DNA of 64,000 nucleotides from Geosiphon pyriformis uo1 (taxonomy: Eukaryota > Fungi > Glomeromycota), in assembly GCA_016748015.1 (NCBI GenBank), contig JAAOMT010000201.1, positions 380,224 through 444,223 on the forward strand, read 5' to 3'. Shown here piece after piece: positions 56,760 to 64,000 of this stretch (the stretch's first letter is position 1; the number at the start of each line of letters is the position of its first letter). Both the position numbers and the translations under genes were made by a program. The notes below the pieces were generated by a model. The model saw only the letters and a list, made by a program, of their open reading frames with translations. It had not been told where the DNA came from and ran no database searches.

Positions 56760-57940
56760 ATGCATTTCAGAACAAATTCAAACGGTCATTTTTTAATTGC
56801 TATTATCGGTCTATTTGCTCTTTCGACCAATGTTGCCGCACACGGTCGCATGGTAAAAAAAAATAACCATAATTTTTTCTAGTTCTTGGAATGAATCTAA
56901 CAATTGAACATTATTTTTCAACTTAATAGGAACTACCTGCTATTCGTCTTTTGCCTGGTGACGACAATAACGGTTTTACAGTTAGTCGTGGGCCAACGAA
57001 AACTCAACCTTGTGCTAACCTTCCACCGGGCCCTATACCTGATAAGAGTCGGTTCAAAGTTGGTGATTCGGTTCCTATTCAATGGCAAATTACTGCAGCA
57101 CATCAAGGAAAATGCTTCATTGAACTCTCAACTACTGGTTCTGACAGCGATTTCAAGGTTTTGAAGGAATTTGATCACTGTGCTGATGATAACGGTGAAT
57201 TCAAAGATAACATTCCACTGCCAGCAGGTGTTTCATGTGAAAAATGCACAATGAGATGGCGTTGGGAAGCAAAACTTACCAACGAATTATATATCAATTG
57301 TGCTGATATTTCAATTGGTGCCGGATCTGCTGGTTCATCAAGCGGGTCAGGTTCTCCAGGAGCATCAAAATCCCAGGGATCCAAACCTACAGCTACATCA
57401 ACTCCCACCAAGACTGCACCAGCCAACACTCTTTCCCACCCTTCAAGTTTGCCAACAACTACAAATGTTGGTAATTCTCCTACTACTCCTACATCAGTCA
57501 CAATCACAACTACTTCTGTAAAATCGAGTGGCACTCCAGCTGCAACATCCGGTATTCCAACCGGTAAAGGTGGAAGGAAGCATGGAAGAAAACATGGTAA
57601 AAGTGGAAAGAGGCATAGCACTAAACATCGGAGAGGTAAAAAGGGTGGAAAGAAGCATGGAAGAGGTGGAAAAAAGCATAACAAAGGTCAAAAGAAGCAT
57701 GATACAGGTCTTGGGGATAATGGAGCCACTAATGAAATCCCAAACGTTGAGAAGCCTGGTGAAAATGGAATCCCAAAAGTTGAAAAACCTGGTAAAAATG
57801 GAATCCCAAAAGTTGAAAAGCCTGGTAAAAATGGAATCCCAAAAGCTGAAAAGCCTGGTAAAAATGGAACCTCAAGAGTTGAAAATTCTGATAACAATGG
57901 AATCCCTAAGACTGATAGCGAGACCCCCAACTACAAATAG
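56760..57940 (+). CDS. Secreted LPMO-like copper protein (AA11/AA15-like), 367 aa, with Ser/Thr linker, K/H/G-rich tract and 11-aa repeats
   Basis: Exons 56760-56852 and 56930-57940. 27-aa signal peptide (...TNVAA), then His1 (HGRMELPAIR); second His in WQITAAHQGKC; LPAGVSCEKCTMRWRW; axial Tyr in ELYINCADI. Confidence 0.88.
57733..57910 (+). repeat. 33-bp coding tandem repeat (NGIPKVEKPGK), about 5 copies
   Basis: aatggaatcccaaaagttgaaaagcctggtaaa and variants. Confidence 0.9.
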
Positions 57941-58712
57941 ACCGATTGAAAAAATATATATTTATTAGAATATTGATATTCTTTGTAAATATTGTAGAAA
58001 ATCAACTTGGGTAGTGAGAATTAAGAAATGGGCATTAGACTAAAAATGTCGTAAACTTTTAAATTTTATGCTTGATGCATAGAAAAAAGTCATGACTAGC
58101 AGTTCTTTTCAAGCATCATATACAAAGCTCTTTTTAAAATAATATTTAATAAAGAAATAAAAAGTTTTGCCATGGAGAAATGAATTTGTAATCTTGGGTA
58201 TTATGATGATGATGATGTAAATACATGAATAAATTTTTTTTCTGGGCATTTTTTATATGAGATGAATTTCCAAAAATTTTTTGACCAGTAATTGGGTAAA
58301 AGCCAAGTAAGTAACGTTTTTACAGGTAAATTTTCTTTTTGTTTGATTTAAATTAGTTAACCAATAATACATACAAACATACAAACATATATAGAGTGTG
58401 TATATATATGTTATTTTACTTTTATTGAAATAACAAAAAAAAATTTTAAAAAAATTAATAATATTATTTTCATTAGATCAAAAATACTGGCTCATCTTTT
58501 TATTTATTTATTTAATATGAAAATGTTGAGTATTTGTTATTACTATTATCATTATTATTAATGGGTAAGTTGAAAAAAAGTTAATATTTTTTTAAAATTT
58601 GGGTTCTAAAAAAAATATTATTGAAAATTCAAATAATAATAATAATAATAATAATTTATTGTTAAATTTTTACTGTTTTTATGTATTTTATCTATTAAAA
58701 AGTTTTATTATA

Positions 58713-59994
58713 CAGTCTGGTAAGAAAAAAATTGGAAATATAAAAATAATTACTATGTCTTAACTAATGTACCAAATTACATAAAACAACTATTATTAGA
58801 AAATCAAATACTATATAATTTTATTAAAAAAATTAATAGGAAATTCTTTTACCATTTGTCTCAATTATCATTTCACAATACTGCCTCATTAATTCTATTA
58901 ACCCAATTAAGGTAGATTTAGGAATATCTTGCCACTCTTCCCCCATAAATCTCTCTAATTCACTATGATTTTAAGGCATTCTTTTTTCTACATTCTTTTA
59001 ACAATAGCCCAAAGGTTTTCTATTGGGTTTAAGTCAGGACTATTAGATGGCCATCCCAACAATTCAGTTATATTCTCAGTAATAAATTCTTTGGCAAGCT
59101 TGCTAGTATGCTTGGGGTCATTATCTTGTTGAAATCACCAATTATCCCCTAGCATTGCTCTAATTTCAGGTAAGTGGTTACGAAGAATATCTATATAAAA
59201 TTGAGCATTCATTATTTAAACAAAACAGAATAAACTAGTCTTTCCTTTTTCGTAGAAACCCCCCCCCCCCCATGCGAGAATTTTTGTTCGATCTTTAGAC
59301 ATAGGATGAATTGGTTGAGTACCTTTATGCCAATGTTTACCATGTTTTGAAAAAGTTGAAAAGATGTTTCGTCAGTAAAAACTGTTCTTTTCTAATTGTC
59401 GTTCAGGTGTTTTTTGGCCCATTCTACACGTTTTTACTTATGCTCTTTGGTCAGCATTGGAGTTGCTCTAAAAAGACTTTTTTTATAATTAAGGTTGAAT
59501 AAATGGTTTTAAATAGTAACATGAGAAAAATATATTCCCTTCTTAGCCAACTTTATTGCTAAATATCTAGACAAAACTGAGGAATCTTTATGAATAATAT
59601 GCCCTAATACTTTCGAGGCATTTCTCATAATCTTTCTTGACCGATCATTACCACTCCCATGCTTTATTGTTCCTTTTTTTTTGAGTTTTTCTAGGATATT
59701 ATAGATTGTAGAAAGGGTTATATTCATTTTATTATGTATTTCTTTCGCCTTTCATATTCCTTGCTTCCAAAAATGTAATACGACTTGTCGTTGCGTTTCT
59801 TGCTTTGAAGTTTGCATTTCAAAGACAAGTTTTAAAAAAAACTATTAGTTAATATACAAGAAAATTTTTTAGAGCTCAGCCACTTACCTAACATTCTGTT
59901 TCCATTTTTACTGTCACAAAACTTACCAAAAATGGTTAAACCAAATACAATCTTTGTAGATTCATATTTTTCCAATTTTTTTCTTACCAGACTG
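58713..59994 (-). mobile_element. Complete Tc1-like (DD34E) DNA transposon, 1282 bp, with a defective transposase
   Basis: Perfect 26-bp TIRs CAGTCTGGTAAGAAAAAAATTGGAAA with TA on both sides. Transposase relic 59817 to about 58833: [20 protein letters not shown], 34 aa, [11 protein letters not shown]; several stops and an expanded poly-C run near 59258-59271. Confidence 0.95.
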
Positions 59995-61573
59995 TATATA
60001 TATATATTTAGAATGTAAAAGAATTTTTAATAAAAATAATTTTTAAAATATTATGTTAATTAAATGATAAGATGTAGGAAAAAGTATTTTTATAAAAATA
60101 AAATGTAAATAATTATTTAAAATAAAAAAAAACCAGGCAATAACTAATAACAATAATTAATTTATCTATAATATAATGAATATATAAATAATAATAATTT
60201 TTTTTTTTGAATTTAAAAAAAACTTTTTTGATTAATAATTCCGTGCATGTTTTTGTTTATATGACAATTTTTATTTTTATCATATTTATCATATTGTTAC
60301 ACCTCTTTATTTTTATTATTCAATCCTTTTTTCATGATAGGATAACATTGGATATTAAATGTAATCAAAGGAACATTTTCATGTTTCAAATGAAATTCTT
60401 GAATGGTAAAATGGAGTCACTGGTTAATATTATCGTTATTTTTAATAATAATAATAATAATAATATTGTTCAACTAAATTTGGAGTCTGAGTGGAAAGTA
60501 TCTTATTTGAAATGTCACTATTATTAGACTATCCGACTCTATTTTTCCAAATTTAGGATTTCATCAAACAAAGTTTTAGCGTGCAACAATTTTAAAACGG
60601 CTCTTCCCTTGCGTATATTTTCTCCGTCATGCAATAAGTTTTAATAAAGAGTATATGCAAGGAGAAATTTTTCTTTCATTAAATTTGTGTATGTTTCCTG
60701 AACTTTAAAAAATAATAAAAACTTAAATTTATAAGTAATTTTAAATACTAAATCTCATAACAATAGTAACAGGTATAATAATTTAATGATTATGATGATG
60801 AGGACGATGACGATTACGGATAGAAATGAGGTGCAGGTTCATATCCATATTCAGTATCAATTGGTAGCAAATTAGAATGTCACCGCATTAAAGTATAAAT
60901 TTTTTTTTGAACTATATTACGTATTTTCAAACCCATTTAAAGATTTAAAATAATTCTAATTCTACTAAATCTATTAGCCAAATTCCACATTTATATATTA
61001 GTAGTGTCTTTAATTTACTCATAGGAATGAGTACCTTGACATGCAAGGTGTACTATTTATCAACTATGCTCATGTTTCAATCATGGCCACTTTTCATCCC
61101 AAATAAAAATTACCAAAAACGACATTAAAAAATGTTTACATATTGTTCGAATTTATAGACAAAGAAAATGGTTCTGTTAGCCAACTTTCAAACACATTAT
61201 TTTTATTAACTACAATATTTTTAATTTAATATTTGTATCACAGATTAATGAAATTGAAACCATATGGTTAAAAACTTTGAATGTGATTCATTTTAACCCA
61301 CATTATGAAAAGGGATTCGCATGTCCATACAATCTTTTATTAACGGATCTTAACAAAGCCATACATTTTAAAGATAAAACAAAATTATTCTATAGATTTT
61401 TGAAATCTTAGGGGTTGCAATTAAATTTCTTCAATGAAAAAATTAATCTACAACCGTTTATCTAGGCTAAGGGACTGGTTGTTTCATATGGGCAAAATTT
61501 TAGCATAAATAAACACTTTTGGTTTCTGGCTGAAATGAGCTTTATCAATTTTCGTCAACTTTAATTAAATAAA

Positions 61574-62249
61574 ATGTATTCATTTAAATACACAAAAATT
61601 TTTATATTGTTTTCAACAATTCTTTTTTTGCTAGTTACAGACAATGTTTACGGGCAAGGTCAAATGGTTAGCATTATAAATTATTCCGTCTCAGAATAAA
61701 AAAAACTTTATGCTCAAGTACAATTTATTGATTTTTCTACTTTTAAAACAGTTAACACCAATACCTCGTAGCCCAACGACTAATATTCAGAGTGGATCCC
61801 TTGCTCATGGTCCGACTACACTTCAACCATGTAATGGATATCCTCCCGCTAAAATCATCACTAATAGTTATTCTTCTAACTCTGTAATTCCTCTTGAATG
61901 GGAAATTTTTGGTGACCATCAAGTTCAAGGCAATTGCTTTGTAGAACTTTCTATCACTGAAGATGACACAAATTTCATCTCACTAAAGCAAATTCCTGAC
62001 TGTGCTAGTTCTAATCAAAAATTTACCCAGGATGTCCCGCTCCCGTCAGACGTTTCTTGCGAAAGATGTACTTTAAGATGGCGATTGGAAGTGGAATCAA
62101 CTAAAGAATCGTTTATTGATTGTGCTGATATTTCAATTCTTGCGAACTCTGAAGAAAATGTAACTTTCCAGTCTATCAAACCTAAAAGTCGAGGGAGAAA
62201 TCACACAAAAGGTCGACATCACAAAAAAGGAAAACATCGATCGACATAG
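61574..62249 (+). CDS. Secreted LPMO-like paralog, 196 aa, lacking His1 (Gln instead)
   Basis: Exons 61574-61666 and 61752-62249; same 93-nt first exon and intron phase as the 56760 gene. ...DNVYG|QGQMLTPIPR, GPTTLQPC, WEIFGDHQVQGNCFVELS, LPSDVSCERCTLRWR, ESFIDCADI, basic His tail. Confidence 0.88.
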
Positions 62250-62859
62250 TCAATGAATCAGTTACAATATATACAATTTAGAATGTACACTACTTTTTTA
62301 TTTATCTAGCTTTTATTTATTTATACATTCATAAGTTTTTGTGTAAATTTCAATTTGGTTTATTTATCTTTTGAAGAAATAAAATAACTGATTATGAATG
62401 ATAAAATATGTTCACTAAAGAATGTTTTTCTATAAATTCATATCCTGAGAAAATTCTCTTTCACCATCAAAAATTTGGTATAAAAATTTGATTCAATTGC
62501 AAGTCTCAATCAAAACTTCACATCAGTTAAGTAAAGATTTAAAGTTCAGAGCACATTTTAGATTGCTGAAAAACAATAAACCATTGGATTTAATTTATGG
62601 CTCTTTAACGAATCTTGAAATTTTTTGATTTTATTGGATAAATTCAGCTCCGTTCTTTTTGCCACAAGTAAATAAAACATGTTTTGATTAGTTGATTAAA
62701 TTTCATTTTTTCATTGTTGAATTATTAAATTGGTTTTGTGGTAAAAAATTTTGAGCATGTGAGTAATCGAGGTTTAACGAAAAGCTGTTTGCAATATTAG
62801 ACGTTCATTATGTTTTAATTAGAACTGATGTTTTCTTTAATCATCTAATATCTTGCATA

Positions 62860-63339
62860 CAGGGGGTATTAAAAATATTGGACACTTTTATAATATGTTA
62901 CATAAAAGAACTAACTTATGAATCGTTAATTTATTATTATTATATTAAAATACATGATAGTATTTTGTTTGACCCCCATTTGCTTCAAGAATAGCTTGAA
63001 ATCAACGTGGCATAGACTTGATCAAATTACGATAGTAATTTACAGGTATCGCATCCCATTCTTCCTTAACCCACTGTTCCAATTGTACAATATTTGAGGG
63101 TTGTGAATTACGTTGACGAAATTTAACTTCAATATATGACCAAAAATTTTCTATTGGAGTAATATTAGGACTTTGTGCTGGCCAAGGAAGTAATTCAACA
63201 TTTGAAGAGGTAAGAAAAGAACACGCGACTTTTGATGTGTGGATTGGTGCATTGTCTTCCTGAAAAAAAAACTTTTTTTTAGTTTTTTTTGCATGAAGTT
63301 TTACCGTAGGAATTGCAAAATTAGCCAAGGTTTTGCAGT
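62860..63339 (-). mobile_element. 3' part of a second, different Tc1-like (DD34E) transposon
   Basis: TA followed by TIR-like CAGGGGGTATTAAAAATATTGGACAC at 62860; FFFQEDNAPIH, 34 aa, SPNITPIENFW...KSMPR*FQAILEANGGQTKY. Sequence stops abruptly at the Tn5 mosaic end. Confidence 0.88.
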
Positions 63340-63358
63340 AGATGTGTATAAGAGACAG
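63340..63358 (+). other. Tn5 mosaic end / Nextera adapter remnant (probable assembly artefact)
   Basis: Exact 19-mer AGATGTGTATAAGAGACAG. Confidence 0.95.
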
Positions 63359-63579
63359 GCTAGATACCGTCTCAGAAAACCCGCGCAAGGTTATAAATGT
63401 ATCCAAATTCATAACAGCATGCACATGTAACGGTGTTTCAAGTTCGGATATTGAGTGTTTAGGAGCCAATATATATATAATAAAACATTATTAACCGAGG
63501 TTAGGATTTTGAAAGATCCCAAAACTTCGAAATTTCCTAATTTTTTAACTGAACAAGACGCAGGTCGTCACTTTTGAGA

Positions 63580-64000
63580 ATGCAAGTTAAAATTTTACTA
63601 CAGTTTTTTTTCCAGCTCATATTTAGTTTGCCTTTTTGCATCGGTGATGGATATAAGTCAATAGTTTACCCCGAAAATAAATTCCCAAGTTCATCCCCTA
63701 TTAGAATATATTATTATTCTGAAGGAACTGTAGTGTTAGAATTAGAACCTTATATTCCTCCAAATTCTTATCCAAATCGTGTTCTCAGGGTTTTTTCAGC
63801 AAATGGCACACTTAATTCATTTGAAGTGAAAAATCCCACAAAAGGAATTTCAATAGATCTTGGGTTTTACCCTTTATCACCGGGATATTTATTTTTGGTT
63901 TATACCAATACTTCCATTCCATCCGAACCTTTCTTTTACCCTAATTATGGAATGCTAGTTTCTTTAGATGGAAGAATTCTGCAAAAGTATTTCTGTTTAA
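63580..64000 (+). CDS. 5' part of a paralog of the 51528 membrane-protein family; runs off the window
   Basis: Open frame MQVKILLQFFFQLIFSLPFCIGDGYKSIVYPENKFPSSSPIRIYYYSEGTVVL...YPLSPGYLFLVYTN...YGMLVSLDGRILQ; matches PIRTYPYSDGTVVV of the pseudogene; likely intron donor near 63987. Confidence 0.75.
   Translation, partial: MQVKILLQFFFQLIFSLPFCIGDGYKSIVYPENKFPSSSPIRIYYYSEGTVVLELEPYIPPNSYPNRVLRVFSANGTLNSFEVKNPTKGISIDLGFYPLSPGYLFLVYTNTSIPSEPFFYPNYGMLVSLDGRILQKYFCL

Noticed and set aside
57175-57968. Alternative-frame and antisense ORFs over LPMO-like gene 1
   Set aside because: By-products of low-complexity and 33-bp repeat coding sequence.
63002-63469. 155-aa ORF as a real transposase-fusion protein
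   Set aside because: It spans the Tn5 adapter junction; the N-terminal part is unrelated host sequence.

Overview
This is eukaryotic, very AT-rich fungal DNA with short GT-AG introns. The MATA-HMG gene, the LINE family and the EDIPQ membrane-protein family point to Glomeromycotina; the LINE resembles Geosiphon-type elements (inference from recall, no search run). Extremely AT-rich blocks of decayed repeats (about 1-4020, 10.9-14.9 kb, 30.7-32 kb, 43-51.3 kb) alternate with gene islands. Mobile elements: a full-length, stop-riddled RNase H-bearing LINE (-), a decayed pogo/Tigger transposon with TIRs, one complete and one partial Tc1 (DD34E) element. Genes: a 5-exon bacterial-PH (bPH_2-like) gene missed by the ORF track, an intronless MATA-HMG transcription factor, a COA2-like gene, a pseudogene plus a truncated second copy of an EDIPQ membrane-protein family, and two tandem secreted LPMO-like genes. 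Best lead: one LPMO-like copy has an intact His/His/Tyr copper site, while its paralog has Gln at His1 and Phe at the axial Tyr; both carry Lys/His-rich cationic tails. An exact Nextera/Tn5 mosaic end at 63340-63358 marks a probable assembly artefact.
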